This document shows, piece after piece, positions 9,311 to 17,748 of a stretch of DNA of 64,000 bases (position 1 is its first letter; each line of letters begins with the position of its first letter). A program made the position numbers and the translations under genes. Where the stretch lies: positions 248,001-312,000 of the IMG/VR virus record IMGVR_UViG_3300028558_000791. One strand, written 5' to 3'. The notes under the pieces are model-generated. The model ran no database searches. It worked only from the letters and a program-made list of their open reading frames with translations, and was not told the origin of the DNA.

Positions 9311-9862
9311 ATGGACCCGAAGAAACTTCGAAAACAATACATGCATCTCATGCCTCGTTTGAACAAGGCTATGCAACATGTGCAGTCTCAGCTTGCAGAT
9401 TTGCCACCACATGATTTTCTGTTGGAAACCAACTTAAAGCCATACCTAACTATCAAGAAGAAAATGCTACAAGGATACGATTCCGATCCGAGCGGTTTAC
9501 CTGATTTGGCTAGAGGTAGGCTTTTTTATTCTCAAGACTATAATCCTAAAGAAGTTCTAGATTTACTTAAGAAGGTATTTCCTAACCAAGTCAAAGGGGT
9601 TAAGAAAAAAGATACTAACGATTGTGGATTAGAATATCCTGGAGTAACTGATGTTAATCTAGATGTTGATGGAATTCAATTTGAATTACAATTGATGCCA
9701 TTAGAGTACAAAGATTCGCAAGATTTATCTCATCAAATCTATGAGCAATTACGTAATGATAAAGATAAGCTTTCTGATAAACAGAAAGAGTTCCTAAAGA
9801 GCACGCACAATAAACTCTTTAAGGCTCTAGATGTAAAGTCCAAGGCCCTAAAGAACGATTAA
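9311..9862 (+). CDS. RelA/SpoT-family small alarmone-synthetase-like nucleotidyltransferase (divergent)
   Basis: Ordered SYNTH-like motifs: NLKPYLTIKKK (cf. RxKxxxSxxxK), DLARGR, YPGVTDVNL, FELQL, HQIYEQLR. Confidence 0.7.
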   Translation: MDPKKLRKQYMHLMPRLNKAMQHVQSQLADLPPHDFLLETNLKPYLTIKKKMLQGYDSDPSGLPDLARGRLFYSQDYNPKEVLDLLKKVFPNQVKGVKKKDTNDCGLEYPGVTDVNLDVDGIQFELQLMPLEYKDSQDLSHQIYEQLRNDKDKLSDKQKEFLKSTHNKLFKALDVKSKALKND

Positions 9863-11094
9863 TTGCGTCGAGCTACTTCTAATAAATGAGACTTGGTATT
9901 GTTCTCTGGATGACGAAGAATCTCCAAGTAACATTCATCCAAAGCCTTTTTGATTCGAGGACCAGGTGTCATACCAGCCGTCAACAGATCATCTCCGTTG
10001 ATGGCCATTTCCTTTCGGGATAGGACAACCTGTTCTCGGTATTCGTCCAGTAGTGCTCCAGATGCCAATCCCATGGGCTCAGTCAAGTGTAAAAATTGAC
10101 GGAGCGTATCTTCCCAAGGGTCGGGGCTATGGTTCTTCAAGACCGCCATAAAGCTCTTGTAAGCTAAAGTAGTATTCTTCTCTTCGAACTCATGGAACCT
10201 CTCAACTAATTGTAAAAGAAATGCAACCTTCTTAATCTCCTTATTGGAAAACTTTAGGTTGATAAGTTCCTCTTGAACCTGTTGAGGTGGAAGCCTGTTG
10301 TACAAGAATGCTAGCCTGGTTTCCAAGGTACCAACACATCGATCCTGTTCTACCAGTAGTGGTAATTGCCTTCCTGCCAGAAGCGGGCAAGCAACGTCCA
10401 AAGCCCCCGAATCCCTTAGGATTTGCAGACCATATGAAGCATTAGCACTCATTAGCGTCTTGCTAAGCTCGTCACTAATGCGTTCCTTGGAAACCTTCTT
10501 CAAAGTCTCAAGGCTTTGCTTCATACCTTCGAAAGTGGCCAGATCAACGGTATAACCGAAGCGTGCAGCAAAACGAGCAACTCGCATAATGCGAAGTCCG
10601 TCCTCTCGAAAGCGAATCAATGGGTCACCAACTGCCTTGATCAAATTCTCCTTGAGATGTTGAGTCCCGTTGAATGGGTCAACAAATCTATGAGTAAGCG
10701 GATCATAAGCAATGGCATTGATGGTAAGGTCTCGGCGAGCCAAGTCTTGGGCTACGTCCATGACAAAGAAAACTTCATCGGGCCTTCGTCCATCAGAGTA
10801 TTCTCCCTCGATTCTAAACGTAGTAACTTCAAAGTGGTTTTCGACACCTTCGCCCATAACAACCGTGACCGTACCATGTTGTAGGCCGGTTGGGATGTTC
10901 TTTTGGAAAATTTCCATTACTTTCTTGGGGCTAGCGTCTGTGGTAATATCCCAGTCCTTGGGCTTCTGCCCCAGGAGTAAGTCTCGCACACATCCGCCCA
11001 CAATAAAGGCTTGATATTCGTGTTCATGTAGGATACGACATACCTCCACCGCTAAAGGGTGGATGAGATGCGTAGAAATAGGTCGGTGTTCCAT
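9859..11094 (-). CDS. cca: Class II tRNA nucleotidyltransferase (CCA-adding enzyme family)
   Basis: Motifs VGGCVRD..KDWD, EVTTFR, DLARRDLTINA, EDGLRIMR. No HD domain. ATG 11094 is preferred over the track GTG at 11103 because the GTG overlaps the -10 box. Confidence 0.9.
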   Translation of the reverse strand: MEHRPISTHLIHPLAVEVCRILHEHEYQAFIVGGCVRDLLLGQKPKDWDITTDASPKKVMEIFQKNIPTGLQHGTVTVVMGEGVENHFEVTTFRIEGEYSDGRRPDEVFFVMDVAQDLARRDLTINAIAYDPLTHRFVDPFNGTQHLKENLIKAVGDPLIRFREDGLRIMRVARFAARFGYTVDLATFEGMKQSLETLKKVSKERISDELSKTLMSANASYGLQILRDSGALDVACPLLAGRQLPLLVEQDRCVGTLETRLAFLYNRLPPQQVQEELINLKFSNKEIKKVAFLLQLVERFHEFEEKNTTLAYKSFMAVLKNHSPDPWEDTLRQFLHLTEPMGLASGALLDEYREQVVLSRKEMAINGDDLLTAGMTPGPRIKKALDECYLEILRHPENNTKSHLLEVARRN

Positions 11095-11101
11095 GTCATC
11101 C

Positions 11102-11129
11102 ACTCTAAAACTTAAAAATTACGTGTCAA
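11102..11129 (-). promoter_or_regulatory. Sigma70-type promoter for cca
   Basis: Minus strand TTGACA (11129-11124), 16 nt, TAGAGT (11107-11102), then 7 nt to ATG. Confidence 0.6.
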
Positions 11130-11188
11130 GCGCTCGGCCGTGTAATAAGTAGGCATTATGATAGAGTTCTATCAAAAGACAGAGGCCA

Positions 11189-11899
11189 ATGAGTTTGTTA
11201 GAGGTTACCGAGCTTTACAATCTAATTTCCAGGGGCTCACAAGATGTGAGTTCTAGGAAGCAATCCAGACAACTTCGAAAAGTTGCTCTGGAGACTACTG
11301 TTTCTGGTCAAGGTTTTAACAAATTAGCCTTTGATACTCGTCGTATTGATCAAGAGACCGAATATAATCCACGTAGAGGATTGCAGAATTACAATCGTAG
11401 TGAAGCATTTCTTTCTGAGGGCCTTGCACACAGAGTTAAGAACTTCGCAAAGCTTCGTAACTCACTCAATGCTCTCAAGAATGTTTATGGTAAAGAACAT
11501 GAGTGGCAAGATAGTAATGCTCGTATCTTATTAACTGCAGTTGATAAAGGTATGCGCACCGGCATTAATGATGGTGATTTTGCAGAACAAAACCAACCAG
11601 GCGTTGGTAGTTTTGACTATTTAGAAGAGCTTTTGAATGTTAGATATCGTTTGACTCAAGATGATTTGACGAGGATGAGTGAAGCTGATTTAACAAGAGT
11701 TATACTTGCTAAGGACGCTGATCTTACCAACAAAGATGTTAAACAGTCATTAGAAATTACTAAAAACGATGTTGCTACTAAGGGATACGACTCGTTAATC
11801 GAAAAGCTATTTGATGGTTGTAAAGCAAGTGCAGACGCTCCAGATGTTGAGAGAACAATTACTATTACCATCAGAGATAGATTCCATAAAGAAAGTTAA
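11189..11899 (+). CDS. Hypothetical protein, possibly virion
   Basis: 236 aa, SD GAGG, preceded by the AATAA-N4-GCAT motif. KxA motifs LRKVA and FNKLA. Confidence 0.55.
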   Translation: MSLLEVTELYNLISRGSQDVSSRKQSRQLRKVALETTVSGQGFNKLAFDTRRIDQETEYNPRRGLQNYNRSEAFLSEGLAHRVKNFAKLRNSLNALKNVYGKEHEWQDSNARILLTAVDKGMRTGINDGDFAEQNQPGVGSFDYLEELLNVRYRLTQDDLTRMSEADLTRVILAKDADLTNKDVKQSLEITKNDVATKGYDSLIEKLFDGCKASADAPDVERTITITIRDRFHKES

Positions 11900-11902
11900 A
11901 CC

Positions 11903-12628
11903 ATGAGTAGCGAGAGCGAATTTGCGTATTCTCTAAAGTATAATACACATTTCATCGTAAAAAATATTACGGGTACACCCGCCTCTATGCTTCATTTAGC
12001 TGGAGATAATCCGGCCATTCCCCCACCTTATAGAACAGCACCATTCCATGTGTCTTCTAAGAAGACTATCAATATTTTTCACTATCCAATTAATGCTGGC
12101 GAGCAAAGAGATTTGCTACAGATACCAGGAGTGCAAGAGGCTGATATTCGAGCTTCTTTACTCAAGGGAGAAATAAGGCACAAATTTTTGTGTGGGGATA
12201 TTGAATTAGTTTCCAGCAACATTGATCTGCTACAATTTAGCGACAAACAACGTGCTTGGTTACAAAGCTTTGGCTTTACCGAAGGTGTAACAGTTGGATA
12301 TGATGAATTAGACGGATATGTACAATCTCTAATCCAAATAGGTGGTTCTGGAGTATCTTATCTATGGAGAGAGAAGATCCCTCTTATTGGGTTGAGAAAT
12401 GGTACAAATCGTATGTTTTTCACACCAGACAAATTTATCAATGGACTCTATTTTGGTAACGTTTTTTATCTGACAGTCGAACATAACGGTAAAGAACTAT
12501 ATGAAAACATAGATTTTACTATTGGTGAATCTAGCGGCCCTGGCTCCGGCTATGATACCATCAACATAACTTCTTTAACGCCAAATGCCCATAGTTTATT
12601 ATTTGCAACTTATGCTATTAAAGTCTAA
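11903..12628 (+). CDS. Putative virion structural protein
   Basis: 241 aa. C-terminal GLRNGTNRMF...NGKELYENIDFTI is a beta module typical of phage structural proteins. N-domain resembles 29616..30050. Confidence 0.5.
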   Translation: MSSESEFAYSLKYNTHFIVKNITGTPASMLHLAGDNPAIPPPYRTAPFHVSSKKTINIFHYPINAGEQRDLLQIPGVQEADIRASLLKGEIRHKFLCGDIELVSSNIDLLQFSDKQRAWLQSFGFTEGVTVGYDELDGYVQSLIQIGGSGVSYLWREKIPLIGLRNGTNRMFFTPDKFINGLYFGNVFYLTVEHNGKELYENIDFTIGESSGPGSGYDTINITSLTPNAHSLLFATYAIKV

Positions 12629-12677
12629 TAATATTGGGGTATACCATAAGTAACTCGCTTAGTTTGAGGACAACACA

Positions 12678-14192
12678 ATGCCATTTCCAAGACAAAACGC
12701 ACTAGATCAAGCCTTAGATATCGCTGGCTCATTAACACAAACTCAGACTATGATTGAGGTTGAGGAGCCAAGTGGTTTCGGCGCTCCAATTACTGGTCAA
12801 ACTGGCGCGACTGCCAGCATCACCACATTTTCCGCAGGTGTTTCGACACTGACCGGTTTAACTGGTATGACTGCCCAGTCCATTGGACGATTCCTAACAG
12901 TTACTGGAGCGGCCAGCGGTGGTAACAACGGCACTTTCTTGATCGTTGCTTTTAACTCAGCTACCTCTGTAGATATTTCGAATGCAACCGGTGTCGCACC
13001 AGATGCAAATAACGGAGCTATCTCTTGGACTGAAAGAGGCCCTTACACTCTAGAAGATGATGTAAACTACATCCGTACTGATCGTAAGTTAATCAAGGGC
13101 ACTACTAACTGGTACGACCCTATTCCTACTTATGCTAGACCAACTGCAACCAACGTCCAGGTTCCAGCCAATCTAACTAATATTGCCAGCAAGACTACTG
13201 ACGCCGTTGCCTACAACGTTAACCGCGCTTACTTCGGTGAAGCAGTCACCTCTGGTAATACTTTCGTTACAGTAACTTCTGTTGGTAACTTGAAGCATGC
13301 TGATGCGATTAACCTAACTGGTGTTCCAGTATTTGATACTGGTCCATTTGCCGGAGATTATACTTCTTGTTACGTTCATATCGTAGACGGATACTCTGAC
13401 GGATATGCTGGTGGTGAATTGAGCGTATTGCATGGACCATATGTTGGAGAAAGAATTTTCGGTGTTACTTTCAATGGTGCCTCGACTTCTCCAGACTCAG
13501 TAGAAGTTCATTTCTATTCAGCTCCGTACAATGTTAACTATGCGGTATCTCCTCATCCATATACTTGGGAATTTGGTCAGCCAAATACCATCAACTTACT
13601 ATATGGTTACAATGAGAGACTTGATCAACTAGATCAGAATGCATTTAGAACTGTTCCAGCTCTTGGTATTCTAACTGACGCAGCATTAGCTGGTAGCATC
13701 AATAACATTCTACAAAGCATTGGTACTAGCCCAACTGATACAAATATCGGCAGCTTACTAACCAATACTACGACTTTCTTCCCGTTCTTTTATCTAAATG
13801 CTACGCCAACAGTAATAGATGCTTTGAATATTCTAAACCAACAATTTGGTAATGATACATTCACTGGACCTTATTTGGTTAACGGAGCAACTGTTACATT
13901 CAATTTGCAACAGCTATCCAATGCAATTGCTGGAGCCAATGTAACTCGTACTATTGAACGTTTGGGAGCAGATTTACCTGCAAACACACCACATACACTA
14001 CCTGGTGCAATTTCCTATACTCTAGACGGCACCAATAACGGATTACATCTGTGGGTATATACTCGCGGAGTGTTGAGAGATCCAGGGCCTGTTGCAACCG
14101 GCAATGATTATTCTGAAACTAGTACGACATCAGTTACGTTCTATGCTAAGCAGAAAAAAGACGATCACATCAACTATTTCGTTAGAACTTAA
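12678..14192 (+). CDS. Virion structural/fibre protein
   Basis: 504 aa, Thr/Gly/Asn-rich, SD GAGGA, C-terminal VYTRGVLR..NDYSE module. Confidence 0.55.
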   Translation: MPFPRQNALDQALDIAGSLTQTQTMIEVEEPSGFGAPITGQTGATASITTFSAGVSTLTGLTGMTAQSIGRFLTVTGAASGGNNGTFLIVAFNSATSVDISNATGVAPDANNGAISWTERGPYTLEDDVNYIRTDRKLIKGTTNWYDPIPTYARPTATNVQVPANLTNIASKTTDAVAYNVNRAYFGEAVTSGNTFVTVTSVGNLKHADAINLTGVPVFDTGPFAGDYTSCYVHIVDGYSDGYAGGELSVLHGPYVGERIFGVTFNGASTSPDSVEVHFYSAPYNVNYAVSPHPYTWEFGQPNTINLLYGYNERLDQLDQNAFRTVPALGILTDAALAGSINNILQSIGTSPTDTNIGSLLTNTTTFFPFFYLNATPTVIDALNILNQQFGNDTFTGPYLVNGATVTFNLQQLSNAIAGANVTRTIERLGADLPANTPHTLPGAISYTLDGTNNGLHLWVYTRGVLRDPGPVATGNDYSETSTTSVTFYAKQKKDDHINYFVRT

Positions 14193-14208
14193 TATATAGG
14201 TAGTTAAG

Positions 14209-14439
14209 ATGATGGAAGCAGATTTGGTTCAGCGTGAGGTAGATCCCCCTCTCAATAGATGGTGCGCCTGTGGGCATGAAGCACCAGCTATGTTTAAAAG
14301 GGGCGGTCCCGACTCATTGCCTGAACCAACTCGTTTTTTCTTGGTTCAAGGGCACGAAGTTAATGCAATTTATTGTGAACTTTGTTTAATTGTAGCTAAT
14401 CATATTAGCGCTCAAAAGAAAAAAGGTTTAGTTAAGTAA
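14209..14439 (+). CDS. Small zinc-finger-like protein
   Basis: 76 aa with CACGH and CELC. Confidence 0.5.
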   Translation: MMEADLVQREVDPPLNRWCACGHEAPAMFKRGGPDSLPEPTRFFLVQGHEVNAIYCELCLIVANHISAQKKKGLVK

Positions 14440-14449
14440 GGGGTAAGTA

Positions 14450-14842
14450 ATGTCATACGCAGAAGATATTCTCAAGTTACGTAAAAGAGTTCAAGACGCA
14501 GTTTCTAAAGGTGTAGTTAGTGATGATGGCAGAGACTTTCTAGAAGCCAGCCTTATTCAAATCATGAATGATGCTGAAAGAAATAGACAAAACTGTCTAA
14601 CTCAAGCCGAAAATCTACGCAAGCAAGCTTCGACATTTGATGGGCAGGCTGGCGCTTTTGCTTCAGTAAGCAGTATCGTATACAATGTTATTAATGGGTT
14701 TGTAGTTGTTGCCGAAAGAGATGAAGCTGAACGCGCAGCAGAAGCCGCTGAAAAGGCCGAAGCTCAGGCCGAAGCAGAAGCTGAAGAATCTGAAGTAAAA
14801 CCTGTTGCTGATAAGAAAAAGTCTGGCAAAAAGAGGGCCTAA
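14450..14842 (+). CDS. Hypothetical coiled-coil protein
   Basis: 130 aa, SD AGGGG, EA-rich stretch then basic tail. Confidence 0.6.
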   Translation: MSYAEDILKLRKRVQDAVSKGVVSDDGRDFLEASLIQIMNDAERNRQNCLTQAENLRKQASTFDGQAGAFASVSSIVYNVINGFVVVAERDEAERAAEAAEKAEAQAEAEAEESEVKPVADKKKSGKKRA

Positions 14843-14867
14843 TCAATAATTTAGCATTCTTTGCAGA

Positions 14868-15998
14868 ATGCCAAATCGTATTGGGAAAGAAGATGTAAAA
14901 GACTCAGATTTTGTTGATGCGTATGAGCTTATTTCCGATGGATATAGCGCTAATAGCATCTATCTAGATACTTTTGCAGTCTCTACAACTTTTGCTACCG
15001 GAACCGTTGTCGTCACTTTAGCTAGTGATGGCGGCGGCATTTTGTATTCCATAGACCATCCCGTTCAGCAGAATGATATCGTTTACATTTACGGAACGAC
15101 TGGTGGCGGAGGTGATGGTCACTATACAGTTAATACTGTTTTAACTGATACGTCATTTACAGTTAATGAGCCTATTGGAAACTCTACCGATGGATATGTT
15201 CAGTTTAGATATCCCGCTGGTGCCAAGCTAGTCGGCTATGATAATAGCAATAGCTGTGTTATCACGCATGATACAGTTCAAGGCGCTCTTGACGATTTGG
15301 ATGCTGCCATTTGTGGTGGAACTGGTTCGCTTAATCCTACTGAGCATGCTGAGCTACGCCAGCTAATTCATTTAGCTGATGGTGTAGGCGGTCCATACGA
15401 AGGGTTTCCTACTGGAGCCTATCGTGTGATTAGTCCATTTGGAGCTTTATTTCCAACTAACATTACATGGTATGCTAGTAATGCTATGACGGCTAAAATT
15501 GTGCAAAAGGATATTGCATATACTTCTTTTGGACAACCGCAAACAATTCAATGGAAAGTTTATGATACCAATGGAATTACAATATTAGCTACTGTTACCG
15601 ATACTATTTCTTATTCAGGAATTTTCGAAACAAGTAGATTAAGATCAATTGTAAATGCTCCAATGGGCGGAGTTCTAACTATTGAAACACATAAGACTGT
15701 CCGACAGCTCATTCATTTGGCTGACGGTGTGGGTGGTCCATTTGAAGATTTCCCAACAGGCGCTTATCGTGTTACTATTGGAACTGTATTTCCAACTGAT
15801 ATCATCTGGTATTCAGACATTACAATGACAGCTAAAATAGTTGAAAAGCACATTGTTTACAATGGTATTAAAGAGCCCGTTTCTATTACTTGGAAGGTAT
15901 ATGATACAGATGGTGTAACCGTATTGGCGACTGTGGCAGATAGCATCTCTTACACAAATAACATCTTTGAGACCTCTCGATTAAGGAGTGTTAGCTAA
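14868..15998 (+). CDS. Virion structural protein with duplicated C-terminal domain
   Basis: Two ~105-aa copies of RQLIHLADGVGGP...FETSRLRS. Confidence 0.6.
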   Translation: MPNRIGKEDVKDSDFVDAYELISDGYSANSIYLDTFAVSTTFATGTVVVTLASDGGGILYSIDHPVQQNDIVYIYGTTGGGGDGHYTVNTVLTDTSFTVNEPIGNSTDGYVQFRYPAGAKLVGYDNSNSCVITHDTVQGALDDLDAAICGGTGSLNPTEHAELRQLIHLADGVGGPYEGFPTGAYRVISPFGALFPTNITWYASNAMTAKIVQKDIAYTSFGQPQTIQWKVYDTNGITILATVTDTISYSGIFETSRLRSIVNAPMGGVLTIETHKTVRQLIHLADGVGGPFEDFPTGAYRVTIGTVFPTDIIWYSDITMTAKIVEKHIVYNGIKEPVSITWKVYDTDGVTVLATVADSISYTNNIFETSRLRSVS

Positions 15999-17701
15999 TG
16001 TCAGGTGAATCCCCAGCTTCAGTTTTATATAGTTCAGACGGTACAGAACTTACCGTTGTAAGTGGAAGTGCAATTCCATCGGGTACTAGAGCTATATTAG
16101 TCTCTGGTCAAACGCCGACTGGTAATGCTGCATATGTGCCAGTCTCCGCCAACGGAGCCTTTGGTGTAACTCAAATGAGCAATAGTTTTGTGGTCAAATC
16201 AAACGCCACAATTACTACTACTGGCTCCCAATTAGTAACCGGAAACTTTTTTGGTACACAACAAATTACGTTAGTAGTCAATATTACTAACGCTCCAACC
16301 GGTACTACCCCAACTATTACCTTTACCATTCAAGAAGTTGATCCTGGTAACGGCACTACAGTTTATGGTCAGACGGCATCAACTACTGCCCTTAATACTA
16401 CCGGTGTTACAACAATTAGCATCTCTGGTACATCCAGCTCTTCTGTTCAAGTTTCTTGGGTTGTAACTGGAACTACACCAAGCTTTACTGGTGTGTATGC
16501 TACTGTTACTACTAAGAGCACTCCAGCTACCCAACCAATTTCTGGTACTATCACTGCAAGCAGCGCTTCTACCGGAACTGATGGTGGTGCCTCTTTAGCA
16601 TCCGATACTCAAGTTGGTGGTATCGTAGCAACTACCGCGCCAACTTTGACTTCTGGTAACTTGAACGCACTATCCTTGACTACTAAGGGTTTGCTCCGTA
16701 TCGATGGCTCTTATCCAACTGGTGCGGCTCCTGGAACTGATGCAGTTTATACTGGTGGTTTAGTTGGAACGACAGCTCCCGCTGTTACCAACGGTAACTT
16801 AAGTGCCTTTTCTCTAACTACCGCAGCTCTACTCCGTATTGATGGTGTTTACCCAACTGGTGCCGCTCCTGGTGCTGATGCTGCTTTGGTTGCTGGTTCA
16901 GTAACCACCGCTGCTCCTACCTATACTACCGGCCAGATGAGCAGCTTGTCTCTCACTACTGTTGGTGGTTTGCGTATCGATGCAGCATACCCAACTGGTA
17001 CCGCTACCGCTTCTGCACCTGATGCAGTTGAATCTGGCGGTATCGTTACAACTGCTGCACCAACCTATACTACTGGCCAGCTAAATGCTCTATCTTTAAC
17101 CACTGTTGGTGGTTTGCGTGTTGATGGTGTTTACCCAACTGGAACTGCTACCGGTTCTGCTGCAAATGCTGTAGTAAATGGCGCATATGTTACAACTGCC
17201 GCACCTACTTATACTACCGCTCAGGTTAACGCCCTATCTCTAACTACTGCTGGCTTACTACGTGTTGATGGTGTCTATCCTATTAACGCAACCACACCAA
17301 CTACTGATGTAACCTTTGTTGGTGGTGCTGTTACAACTAATGCACCAACTTATACAACTGGTCAGTTAAGTGCTCTATCTTTGGATACTAGCGGTAACTT
17401 ACGTGTCAGCGCAATCACTAATAAAGCTAGCACTTCTGCAGTAACTACTGTAGCAGGATCCACTTCAAATACTTCCATCTTGGCTTCTAATGCAAATAGA
17501 ATCTTTGCTTCTATCTACAATGGCACTAACAAGAACATGTATATTTTGTGTAATTCTGGTACTGCAAGCACTTCTAACTTCTCGATCTTGTTAATTACAG
17601 GTTCTTACTGGGAAGTTCCAAACGACTATACTGGAGCAATTAATGCTGTTTGGGCAAGCGGTGTTTCTGGAAATGCGCTTGTAACTGAGTATACTCCATA
17701 A
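15998..17701 (+). CDS. Repeat-rich fibre protein
   Basis: 567 aa, Thr/Ala/Gly/Ser-rich, six VTTAAPTYTTGQLxALSLTTxGxLR repeats. Confidence 0.7.
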   Translation: MSGESPASVLYSSDGTELTVVSGSAIPSGTRAILVSGQTPTGNAAYVPVSANGAFGVTQMSNSFVVKSNATITTTGSQLVTGNFFGTQQITLVVNITNAPTGTTPTITFTIQEVDPGNGTTVYGQTASTTALNTTGVTTISISGTSSSSVQVSWVVTGTTPSFTGVYATVTTKSTPATQPISGTITASSASTGTDGGASLASDTQVGGIVATTAPTLTSGNLNALSLTTKGLLRIDGSYPTGAAPGTDAVYTGGLVGTTAPAVTNGNLSAFSLTTAALLRIDGVYPTGAAPGADAALVAGSVTTAAPTYTTGQMSSLSLTTVGGLRIDAAYPTGTATASAPDAVESGGIVTTAAPTYTTGQLNALSLTTVGGLRVDGVYPTGTATGSAANAVVNGAYVTTAAPTYTTAQVNALSLTTAGLLRVDGVYPINATTPTTDVTFVGGAVTTNAPTYTTGQLSALSLDTSGNLRVSAITNKASTSAVTTVAGSTSNTSILASNANRIFASIYNGTNKNMYILCNSGTASTSNFSILLITGSYWEVPNDYTGAINAVWASGVSGNALVTEYTP

Positions 17702-17748
17702 TAGTGCTTGATATATTCACTAGAGAATTTGAAAGATAAGGTATCAAT

